Assembly (NCBI GenBank): GCA_964588465.1
Contig: CAZPPL010000001.1
Coordinates: 50,782 to 114,781, forward strand
Length of the DNA: 64,000 nucleotides
Direction: 5' to 3'
Origin: an uncultured Gammaproteobacteria bacterium
GTDB lineage: Bacteria; Patescibacteriota; Patescibacteriia; Patescibacteriales; UBA12465
The notes below the pieces were generated by a model that was not told the origin of the DNA, made no database searches, and saw only the letters and a list, made by a program, of their open reading frames with translations. The position numbers and the translations under genes are program-made. The stretch's first letter is position 1. Every line of letters begins with the position of its first letter. Shown here one piece after another: positions 29,348-37,773 of this stretch.

Positions 29348-30529
29348 ATGCAGAAGGACTCTAAATCAAAAAATATATTAAAAAAGATACCAGCCAAACC
29401 AGGAATCTATTTTTGGTTGGATAAAAATAAAAAAGTTCTATATGTGGGGCGAGCTAGTAATCTAAAAAATCGTTTGAAGCAATATTTTCAAAAAAACATC
29501 AGTCGCCGGATTACAGAGATGGTGTCCCAAGCTTATAGTATTAAATACCAAAAAACTGACACTCTACTAGAAGCCGTGATTCTGGAGGCTAAAAATATTA
29601 AAAAATATTGGCCAAAATATAATATTGTTGATCGTGACGATCGTTCCTTTATTTATGTAATTATTACCCGAGATATCTATCCGCAATTATTAATTGTACG
29701 AGGGACAAATTTAAAAAAATTTTCTACTAAAAATCTTAAAATCTTTGGACCCTACCAATCCTTTCATCTCTTGCAAACAGCTTTAGGTCTTATTCGCCAA
29801 ATCTTTCCTTACAGTACTTGTAAACATAATAGTGGACACCCTTGTTTTAATTACCAAATTGGTTTATGTCCTGGAGTATGTATTGATGCCATCTCTCCTA
29901 AAGATTATCAAAAAAATATTAAAAATATTATTTTACTGTTAGGCGGGGAGCATAAACGTTTAGCTAAAAAATTAATGGCAAATAATCCAGATAAACTTCA
30001 AGCTTTAAAGCATATTCAAGACGTTTCTTTACTCACTCGCGAAGATAATTTACAAGAAATACGAGTTAATCGTTTAGAGGGATATGATATTTCTCATCAT
30101 CAAGGTAAAGAAAGTTATGGTGCAATGGTAGTGTTTGAACAGGGAAAATCTGTTCCTGCTCAATATCGTTTATTTAAGATTAAGACTGCTCCTCCTGGAG
30201 ACGACGAAAGAGCTCTAAGTGAGATTTTACTCCGACGTTTTAAACATCAAGAATGGCCTCGACCAGAATTGATTATAATTGATGGCGGCAAACCGCAAAT
30301 TAATTTTTTATCGCATATTTTTACAGCTAACAATATTAGTATTCCTTTAATAGGTATTTCTAAATTGGGAGGAGATAGATTGGTATTTCTTCCTAAGACT
30401 AAAAAAACCTTACGCGAATTGGCAAATAATATAAAACCAACTCTTTTAAAAATCCGGGAAGAGGCTCACCGTTTTGCTAATTACGGACGAAAAAGAGGTA
30501 ATAGAATAGATAATAGATCAAAACCTTGA
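29348..30529 (+). CDS. uvrC: excinuclease ABC subunit C, short form (393 aa; GIY-YIG, Cys-rich region and RNase-H-like endonuclease domain, apparently without the C-terminal (HhH)2 domain)
   Basis: GIY-YIG motif GIYFWLD...VLYVGRASNLKNRL, Cys cluster CKHNSGHPCFNYQIGLCPGVC, and the endonuclease-domain pattern LEGYDISHHQG...IIDGGKPQ. Confidence 0.8.
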   Translation: MQKDSKSKNILKKIPAKPGIYFWLDKNKKVLYVGRASNLKNRLKQYFQKNISRRITEMVSQAYSIKYQKTDTLLEAVILEAKNIKKYWPKYNIVDRDDRSFIYVIITRDIYPQLLIVRGTNLKKFSTKNLKIFGPYQSFHLLQTALGLIRQIFPYSTCKHNSGHPCFNYQIGLCPGVCIDAISPKDYQKNIKNIILLLGGEHKRLAKKLMANNPDKLQALKHIQDVSLLTREDNLQEIRVNRLEGYDISHHQGKESYGAMVVFEQGKSVPAQYRLFKIKTAPPGDDERALSEILLRRFKHQEWPRPELIIIDGGKPQINFLSHIFTANNISIPLIGISKLGGDRLVFLPKTKKTLRELANNIKPTLLKIREEAHRFANYGRKRGNRIDNRSKP

Positions 30530-30553
30530 CAAATATTTATATTCTGCTATTAT
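30526..30553 (+). promoter_or_regulatory. sigma70-like promoter TTGACA-N16-TATTAT for rplJ-rplL
   Basis: TTGACA at 30526-30531 overlaps the uvrC stop codon. TATTAT at 30548-30553 follows a 16-nt spacer (17 nt if ATTATA is taken as the -10). Lies about 130 nt upstream of rplJ. Confidence 0.4.
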
Positions 30554-30648
30554 ACCAACATAAATAAATATCTAACTGCAGACAGCTAGCAAGGTCTAAC
30601 ACCTATAAGTCTCGCCGAGGTGATAAATACTATCTTAGTATTCCTTAG

Positions 30649-30671
30649 TCTGCGTTCACGCAGATTTTTTT
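30649..30671 (+). promoter_or_regulatory. L10 (rplJ) leader hairpin / attenuator: TCTGCG-TTCA-CGCAGA followed by T7
   Basis: A GC-containing 6-bp stem with a tetraloop, immediately followed by TTTTTTT, 16 nt upstream of the rplJ start. The position and architecture match the L10(L12)4-autoregulated leader known from other bacteria. Confidence 0.45.
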
Positions 30672-30686
30672 AATCGTTTCAATACT

Positions 30687-31214
30687 ATGCCTAAAAATAA
30701 AATTCAAAAACAAGAGATTATTCGCAATTTAAAAGAAAAAATTAAAAGATCTAAATCAGTTATTTTTGTCGGATTTAATGCCCTAGGTGTTAAGGACAAT
30801 GAAATTTTACGAGCGAAATTCCGAGCAGAGAATAGTGAATACTACGTTGCTAAAAAGACTTTGATCAACTTGGCCCTACAAGATAATAAATTAGATATTA
30901 ACGTTAGAGATTTTACTGGCAAGCTCGCTACAATTTTTTCCTATGAAGATGAAGTTGCTCCAGCCAAAATCATAGGAGATTTTCGTCAAGATAAAGAAAA
31001 AAATGAAAAAATATATTTTTTTGGCGGGATACTAGAGGGAAAACTACTATCCAAAGAACAAGTAGAATTTTTATCTAAATTACCAAGTAAAAAAGAATTA
31101 TATGCTAAATTAGTCAACTCTGTAAACGCTCCTATCTCTGGTTTAGTCAGAGTGTTAACCGGTAATTTAAGTAATTTCTTAAATGTTTTGAAAGCAATTG
31201 AAGAAAAAAAATAA
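30687..31214 (+). CDS. rplJ: 50S ribosomal protein L10
   Basis: Typical L10 N-terminus (KQEIIRNLKEKIKRSKSVIFVGFNALGVKDNEILRAKFR) and length of 175 aa. Confidence 0.9.
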   Translation: MPKNKIQKQEIIRNLKEKIKRSKSVIFVGFNALGVKDNEILRAKFRAENSEYYVAKKTLINLALQDNKLDINVRDFTGKLATIFSYEDEVAPAKIIGDFRQDKEKNEKIYFFGGILEGKLLSKEQVEFLSKLPSKKELYAKLVNSVNAPISGLVRVLTGNLSNFLNVLKAIEEKK

Positions 31215-31287
31215 TTAAATAATTAATAAAATATTAAATTAACACTGCTTATTAGATTAATAAATCGCCTAAGCACAAAATAAATCT

Positions 31288-31701
31288 ATGGAAGAAGAAA
31301 AAAAAGCTGAAGAAAAAAAAGTTGTAGTACCAGCTAAATTTGAAAAATTAGTTGGCGAAATTGAAAAAATGAGTGTTTTAGATTTAGCAGAATTAGTCAA
31401 AATTTTAGAAGAAAAATTCGGGGTTTCTGCTAGTGCACCAGCTATAGTGGCTACGCCAGCAGCTGGAGTAGTGGCTACCACCGAAGAGAAAGATAGTTTT
31501 GATGTAGAGATAACTGAGGCAGGTACTAGTAAAATTAATGTTATTAAAGCGGTCCGGGAATTAACAGAAATGGGTCTGAAAGATGCTAAAGATTTAGTTG
31601 ACGCCGCTCCAAAAATTTTAAAAGAAGGAGTTAAGAAGGATGAGGCAGAAAAATTAAAGAAAAGATTAGAAGAGGCTGGAGCAAAAGTGACTTTGAAATA
31701 G
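31288..31701 (+). CDS. rplL: 50S ribosomal protein L7/L12
   Basis: N-terminal dimerisation helix, Ala/Pro-rich hinge ([20 protein letters not shown]), and the C-terminal domain [59 protein letters not shown]. Confidence 0.92.
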   Translation: MEEEKKAEEKKVVVPAKFEKLVGEIEKMSVLDLAELVKILEEKFGVSASAPAIVATPAAGVVATTEEKDSFDVEITEAGTSKINVIKAVRELTEMGLKDAKDLVDAAPKILKEGVKKDEAEKLKKRLEEAGAKVTLK

Positions 31702-31736
31702 ATTCATTTACTTTTGTAATTAAGTATAAATTAAAA

Positions 31737-31762
31737 ACCACTAATTAAAATAGTGGTTTTTA
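31737..31762. terminator. rho-independent terminator ACCACTA-ATTAAAA-TAGTGGT followed by TTTTT; plausibly bidirectional for the convergent gene pair
   Basis: A 7-bp stem with a T-run sits 35 nt after the rplL stop. A-rich sequence on the 5' side would form the U-run for the convergent 756-aa gene. Confidence 0.6.
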
Positions 31763-31803
31763 TATATATTTTTCAATTAAATAAGTAGCAATTATTACTT
31801 AAA

Positions 31804-34074
31804 CTATTGTTGAAGCGATATTTTGTAAATACCATTATCAGCTAGGATATAAGCTATCTTATCCTTTTCATCAACACTAAAATTCTTGGGAGAATTTAAA
31901 AAGTCTAATTGATATTGATCTAATAAATGTCCATCAGATCTAGCCAGTACTACTAAACGTTTGGAACTGGCTTCAAAAATATAAATATTTTTATTACCCA
32001 CAATTAATTGATTAGCATTAACCATTATTGGGGTAATTGGACGGGAAGCATATTCCATTGGTCGGCCTTTAAAGAACTTTAGAACTTGACCATCTTTCTG
32101 AAGAACATAAATATATCCATCAATATATAAATCACTAGATTGGCTTAAATCAAGCTTTTCTTTAAACCAGCTACTCTTAATCTTAAATTTATTTATAGCT
32201 AAATAACGATAAATCTGATTATCAGCATCAACTAATAAATACAAATTGCCATAAAACATCTTAAAACTAGTTACTCCGTCTGCTGGGTTCAAATCAGCAA
32301 TACTTGATAAATTAGTATGACCGGTCTCAACATTATAACTAAATAACTTATTATTATCCCAATAATATAACAAGTTTGGTCCGTAGAATACTGGATTACT
32401 CAAATTATTAGTTCCTGAAATAGTTAGTTTGGTATAAGCTGAACTACCTGGGGTAAAACGATAAATTGTTGATCCGCTAGCTCCATAAATCTTACCACGA
32501 GCATAAACCAGATTATTAATATTTAAGCCAGTTAAATCATTAATTTTGGTGGCTGATTTAAGTCTAATTATTTTCTCAATTCTATCTCTATTGGCTTGTA
32601 ATTTAAGGGATAAATTTTTATAAATAATTCTCTGTGCTTTGTTATTCTGTGGTAAAGAGCTTAACAAGGTCTGAGTTTGAAGGAATATTCGTTTAGCTCC
32701 CACTTCATCATTATATAACATGTGAGTATCAATGGAATCTTCATTATTTTGGATATTAACTACTAAATTATTAAATTGAGTTTGGGCTATTTGACGTTGA
32801 TGATTCCAACTAGTTAGAAATAGACTAGCAATGAATACTACTACCACTGCAGCTAGGATTATAAATAACCAACGATTTTTAGTATTTAATCCTTGGGCCC
32901 AAGATTTTATATGTTTAGCTAGATTAAACCAAGCTTGGGGATTAAAGAAACCCGCTATAACTACAATAACTTTATGAAAACCAATACTAACCCAACCAGA
33001 CTTTTTCTTAAAAAATATTTTCTCTTTGATTAAAAAAGAATCAGAACGAGCCAAGTTTAAACTTTTAACTTTACCTAAATTTAGAACTGGCTCAGTTGAG
33101 GAATTAGTATTTTTATTAGAAGATTTAATATACTTCTTATTTAGATTATTAAAATTAGTAGGGACGACCGACCAATTACTAAATATTTTTTTAATACGCT
33201 TAAAAAGCTTAGAGATATTGATTAGCCCAGCTGGACTTAGCATTTGTTCAGTTTTAGCCTCAGTATAATTTAAAGAAGAAATTGAATTATGCGCCGACGA
33301 GATTTCTTCTGGCTCCTCTTTAATATCTTGAATATTTTGATCAAATATACCAGTAGTATTTTTAATAATAATACCTAAGAATGGTACATAAGTGTTGATT
33401 CTAGTTAAAACATTTTTAATCTGTTCTGCAGCGGCCATTGGCGACAAGCTAGTAACAATTTTGAGCATTTCCCGGCCAGACAAATATTCTGGCAAAGTCT
33501 CGTTAGTGAAAATAAAATAGGAATTGAGAGGAATCTTGCCACTGATTACTGAAGAAAATAACTTAGGACTGGTACTAACCTCACTAGAATCACTTTCCCT
33601 GGGAATTTCGGTAGCGTTAGTCTCCACATTTATAATCTCATATTCGTCATTGTGACTGTATAGCAACAAAGCCCGATTACGACCAAAAGTAGAAAAATGT
33701 AAATTATTTTCATAAATAACTCCTAAACTAATATTGCTTACTGCTGGATTCAATTTTATTTTTTCACTAGCTAAAAAATCAATAAAATCTTTATTAGTTT
33801 TAGCTATGGCAGCTTCAAAAATATTTTCAATTTTTAGACCTTCAATTTTATCACAAAATAAAATCTTCTCATCATTATAATAATTATCATCTAAAGCGGA
33901 AATTAAAAAATCAAATATTTTTCTAGCTTCAAGCCTCTTGCCACCAATCTCTGCCAATACAAAAATCTTACCAGCCAGATTCTCTATGAGAGAATCAGGT
34001 TGAGCAACAAAAACATCACTCAAACCATTTGCTTTAGCAGAGTTTAGAATAATGGAAGCAATTTTATTATACAT
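31804..34074 (-). CDS. hypothetical single-pass membrane protein: N-terminal degenerate PP2C-like domain, TM segment, C-terminal extracytoplasmic beta-propeller-like repeats
   Basis: The N-terminus follows a PP2C scaffold but lacks the metal-binding Asp residues (FVLAEIGG where PP2C has fGVfDGHGG; GRNRALLL where PP2C has GDSRAyl). A TM segment (WLFIILAAVVVVFIASLFL) is near aa 400. The C-terminal 300 aa contain repeated Y/I-rich blade-like motifs. Confidence 0.45.
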   Translation of the reverse strand: MYNKIASIILNSAKANGLSDVFVAQPDSLIENLAGKIFVLAEIGGKRLEARKIFDFLISALDDNYYNDEKILFCDKIEGLKIENIFEAAIAKTNKDFIDFLASEKIKLNPAVSNISLGVIYENNLHFSTFGRNRALLLYSHNDEYEIINVETNATEIPRESDSSEVSTSPKLFSSVISGKIPLNSYFIFTNETLPEYLSGREMLKIVTSLSPMAAAEQIKNVLTRINTYVPFLGIIIKNTTGIFDQNIQDIKEEPEEISSAHNSISSLNYTEAKTEQMLSPAGLINISKLFKRIKKIFSNWSVVPTNFNNLNKKYIKSSNKNTNSSTEPVLNLGKVKSLNLARSDSFLIKEKIFFKKKSGWVSIGFHKVIVVIAGFFNPQAWFNLAKHIKSWAQGLNTKNRWLFIILAAVVVVFIASLFLTSWNHQRQIAQTQFNNLVVNIQNNEDSIDTHMLYNDEVGAKRIFLQTQTLLSSLPQNNKAQRIIYKNLSLKLQANRDRIEKIIRLKSATKINDLTGLNINNLVYARGKIYGASGSTIYRFTPGSSAYTKLTISGTNNLSNPVFYGPNLLYYWDNNKLFSYNVETGHTNLSSIADLNPADGVTSFKMFYGNLYLLVDADNQIYRYLAINKFKIKSSWFKEKLDLSQSSDLYIDGYIYVLQKDGQVLKFFKGRPMEYASRPITPIMVNANQLIVGNKNIYIFEASSKRLVVLARSDGHLLDQYQLDFLNSPKNFSVDEKDKIAYILADNGIYKISLQQ

Positions 34075-34158
34075 AAATCTAAAATATCAAATTTTAAGTA
34101 TCTCATAGTTTGACTGTTTCTGTTAGATATTATACTATAAATTAATAAATAAAGAAAT

Positions 34159-34761
34159 ATGCTTGACGCTATTTTCAATTCTATTCCGCGAATAAAGATA
34201 CTTAATGCTCTTCTTCTATCTCCAGAAAAGAGTTATTCGCCTAAACAATTAGCAATAGATTCGGGCTTATCGGTGGTTTCAATACGTCGTGAATTGAATA
34301 ATTTAACAAAATTTGGCTTAATTAAAGAGGAAAAAATTAGTAAATATCAAGCTGATAGTAAACGTCAAAAAGAAAAAAAATTTTATAGTGCTAATCGCGA
34401 TTTTATACTATACCCCGAGATGAATGCTCTTATTACTAAAGCTCAAATCCTTTTTAGCCAAAAATTCGTCAATGATTTAGAAAAAATATGTCAACTAAAA
34501 TTCTTAGCTTTAACAGGAATATTTACTAACTATCTAGAAGCCCAAACTGATATTTTATTAGTAGCCTCAATACCTCGTCCTATTTTTTTAAAGCTTTTAC
34601 AAGAATTAGAAAAAGATTTAGGACGAGAAATAAATTTTACTATTTTAAGCGTTAGAGAATTCAAATATCGGGAAGATATTATGGATATCTTTCTATATCA
34701 CATTCTGGAGGGAAAAACTTTAATATTGCTAGACAATATTCATAAATCTATCCCGATTTAA
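34159..34761 (+). CDS. hypothetical protein with an N-terminal winged-helix DNA-binding-like region
   Basis: The HTH-like region IPRIKILNALLLSPEKSYSPKQLAIDSGLSVVSIRRELNNLTKFGLIKEE resembles ArsR/PadR-type wHTH folds. The C-terminal domain is unassigned. Confidence 0.35.
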   Translation: MLDAIFNSIPRIKILNALLLSPEKSYSPKQLAIDSGLSVVSIRRELNNLTKFGLIKEEKISKYQADSKRQKEKKFYSANRDFILYPEMNALITKAQILFSQKFVNDLEKICQLKFLALTGIFTNYLEAQTDILLVASIPRPIFLKLLQELEKDLGREINFTILSVREFKYREDIMDIFLYHILEGKTLILLDNIHKSIPI

Positions 34762-34787
34762 TTAGATTTCAGCGAGTACACTGGCTT

Positions 34788-36692
34788 ATGAGATTAAAAA
34801 AATATTTAATTATTACAATAGCTTTGACGTGGATATTATTAAAATATCTTTTTTTAATTAGTATAAGCGTCTTTATCATATTATTACTGCTATTGAGTAG
34901 TACCTATAAAGACTTAAAAATTACCATTAACAGTGGTCTAGCCGGTCAAAAAGCTTTAACTACCGCTATCGTAGCTACTAAATCCCAAAACTGGGCTCAA
35001 GCTAAAAGCATGACTGTTCAGGCAAAACTAGATTTTCCTATAGCCCTAAAAGCTTTAAATCAGACTCATTCTAATTTTTTAATTTCTAGAGTAGGAATAA
35101 TTGACTCCCAAATTAACGATATAAGTCATTTGCTCAAAGCGGGAGAAATACTTAGTAACTCTTTAGATAATATTATACCTTTAATCCAAAAATTTGATAA
35201 TATCCATTACCAAAACACTAGTCATAATCCAGCAGATGTTGCTACTTATGATAAAGCTAGCCTGTTACAATTAATCTATCAGTCCAAGCCAAAATTAAAT
35301 AGTTTAAAAATTAACTTAGATTCGGCTATATTGAATTTAGATCAAATTCATCGTATAGGAATATTATGGCCGGTTTATAATAAAATTGAAGATATTAAAC
35401 AAGAATTAAAATCAGCCTCTGATTTTATAAGCAAAGCATCACCCTTAATAAAACTACTACCAGTTCTAAGTGGTACCCCAAATACCAGTCGTTTTCTACT
35501 TATTTTACAAAATAATGATGAATTGCGACCCTCAGGAGGATTTATTGGAGTTTATGGAACCCTTAAGATTAAAGCTGGACATATTATTTCTCTAAATACT
35601 AATGATAGCTATCATCTAGACTGGCCAGCCTCTCTCAGTCCCAACTGGGAACTGAGCCCACCACCTATACTTAAAAAATATTTACAAATAAATAAATGGT
35701 ATTTACGCGATGCTAACTGGTCACCAGATTGGCCTCAATCGGCACAAAAAATTACTGAAATTTATAATGGTGAAAACCTTGCTATTGGTAAAGCTAGTAC
35801 TAATTTTACTGGGGTAATAGCTATCACTCCTAATTTAGTAGCCGATCTGATCAAATTAGTTGGACCTATAAGTATTCAAGGAGACACTTACAACTACACT
35901 AATTTTCAAGATTTATTACAATATAACGTAGAAGTAGCTTACAAAAAACAAAATATTTCTTATTGGAATAGAAAAAACATTATTAATGCTCTGATGGATA
36001 AATTAAAAACTCGTTTATTCAATCTTCCGGCTAGCGATTTTAATCGTTTATTTACCATTCTAGACAATAACATAAATAGAAAGGATATTCAGATATACTT
36101 TTCTAATCCTGCTTGGGAAAATTTAAGTAGAACTTTAGGAACGAGCGGAGAAGTAATAAATACTAATCATGATTTTTTAATGATTGTAGATTCTAACTTA
36201 AGAGCCTTTAAAAGCGATGCCGTGATGAAAAAAGACTTAAGCTATAATCTGATCACTCATAATGGTAAACTAAAAGCCAAATTAACATTGAATTATCATC
36301 ATGAAGGAAAATTCAATTGGCGCACTACTTATTATCGTAGTTATACTAGAATCTATCTTCCTATAGGCACTAAGTTAATTAACATTAAAGGTTTAGATAA
36401 AACTACGGCCAATATTAGTGTATATAATGACTCCACACTTAATAAAACTATATTTGCTTTCTTTTTCACAGTTAAACCAGGTAATTCTAGAAAAATAATT
36501 ATTAATTATATTTTACCGAAACGCGTTTATGAAGAAATGAAAACAGGAAATTATGAATTATTAGTGGAAAGACAAGCCGGACAGAGAGTTAATAGTTTAA
36601 CAGTTAATCTCCAATTAGGCAGTGAGGGGAATAAAAAATGGCTAACTGACTTAAATACCAACAAGATATTTAAACTAAACTCTAACAATTAA
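34788..36692 (+). CDS. DUF4012-like secreted or membrane-anchored protein
   Basis: N-terminal TM anchor and the conserved-looking core motif ILQNNDELRPSGGFIGVYGTLKIKAGHI, which I recall as the hallmark of DUF4012 proteins from cell-wall polysaccharide loci. Confidence 0.55.
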   Translation: MRLKKYLIITIALTWILLKYLFLISISVFIILLLLLSSTYKDLKITINSGLAGQKALTTAIVATKSQNWAQAKSMTVQAKLDFPIALKALNQTHSNFLISRVGIIDSQINDISHLLKAGEILSNSLDNIIPLIQKFDNIHYQNTSHNPADVATYDKASLLQLIYQSKPKLNSLKINLDSAILNLDQIHRIGILWPVYNKIEDIKQELKSASDFISKASPLIKLLPVLSGTPNTSRFLLILQNNDELRPSGGFIGVYGTLKIKAGHIISLNTNDSYHLDWPASLSPNWELSPPPILKKYLQINKWYLRDANWSPDWPQSAQKITEIYNGENLAIGKASTNFTGVIAITPNLVADLIKLVGPISIQGDTYNYTNFQDLLQYNVEVAYKKQNISYWNRKNIINALMDKLKTRLFNLPASDFNRLFTILDNNINRKDIQIYFSNPAWENLSRTLGTSGEVINTNHDFLMIVDSNLRAFKSDAVMKKDLSYNLITHNGKLKAKLTLNYHHEGKFNWRTTYYRSYTRIYLPIGTKLINIKGLDKTTANISVYNDSTLNKTIFAFFFTVKPGNSRKIIINYILPKRVYEEMKTGNYELLVERQAGQRVNSLTVNLQLGSEGNKKWLTDLNTNKIFKLNSNN

Positions 36693-36743
36693 TAGAAAAA
36701 TCGTCTATTACGTCTATTAATAGTGTGTTCAGCTAGCTATAAA

Positions 36744-37706
36744 TTATAGCCACTTCTTATGTTTAAAGAAGCTTAACATAGTCAAAGACAGTAATAACAT
36801 AATAGCAATAACAATCCAAAAACCACCTGGATGATCAATTATAGGAGTACCTTTAGTACGCATTGCAAAAATAGCAGCTAGTAGAGTTAAAGGAAAAATA
36901 ATTACCGAGAATATGGTTAGAGTTCTCATAATATCAGTCATACGACTATTTAAAAAGGATTCATTAGTATTATTCAATACTTCTACCATTTCCTTTTGGT
37001 TGTCTAGGGTTTCCCAGATACGTTTAGAATGATCCACTAAACCAGCATAATATTTCTTAATAGCTGCCCGTTCCACTAGACTGCTTTCCATTTCTAATAA
37101 TTTTTGTAAAATATTCTTATGATTTTGGATAATCTTTCTAATATTAATGATATTACGACGTAAAATCAAAATTTGCTCCACTGATTCTTTTTGTTTATCA
37201 GAAAAAATTAAATCTTCAATCTCATTAATTTTTAAACTATTCTGGTCTAAAAGGGGATAGATACCGTCAATTAAATGCCCTAAAATTTCATATAATAATA
37301 TAGCAGAGGACTCTAAAGAATAAGCTAATAGAGAATCAGGACTTTTTTTACCTAAACCAAAAAAGTGAGTAAGAGATTTTAAATTATCGTTATTAATAGA
37401 AATTAAGAACCCATGACCAATAAAAAAATCTACTTCTGCAGAAATAATTTTTTTATCTTTAAACCTAGGAAAATGCAATACTAGACATAAATAATCTTTA
37501 CCCTTAAAAATCATAGGGCGTTGAAAAGAAACCGCCGAGGAGGCCACTTTCAAATGAACTAAATCAAAATGATAATTTTCTTGCAAATGCTTAATTTCAT
37601 TTTTACCAGCATTGATGATATTCAACCATTTTAAAGAAGAAGCCACTCGCGGATTGTCTAGAATTAATTCTTCAATTCGATCACTTATTTTTTTATAATG
37701 AGCCAT
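36744..37706 (-). CDS. CorA-family (2-TM-GxN type) cation channel homolog with a non-canonical AMR in place of GMN
   Basis: CorA-like C-terminus: two TM helices, FPLTLLAAIF-AMR-TKG where CorA has YGMNF, and a terminal KKWL. Length (320 aa) and the N-terminal cytoplasmic funnel domain are consistent with CorA. Confidence 0.7.
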   Translation of the reverse strand: MAHYKKISDRIEELILDNPRVASSLKWLNIINAGKNEIKHLQENYHFDLVHLKVASSAVSFQRPMIFKGKDYLCLVLHFPRFKDKKIISAEVDFFIGHGFLISINNDNLKSLTHFFGLGKKSPDSLLAYSLESSAILLYEILGHLIDGIYPLLDQNSLKINEIEDLIFSDKQKESVEQILILRRNIINIRKIIQNHKNILQKLLEMESSLVERAAIKKYYAGLVDHSKRIWETLDNQKEMVEVLNNTNESFLNSRMTDIMRTLTIFSVIIFPLTLLAAIFAMRTKGTPIIDHPGGFWIVIAIMLLLSLTMLSFFKHKKWL

Positions 37707-37773
37707 AATTATTGATATTATTTTGACGAAAACTAATTTTTATAATAATATTAAGACAACAACATTATAACAT

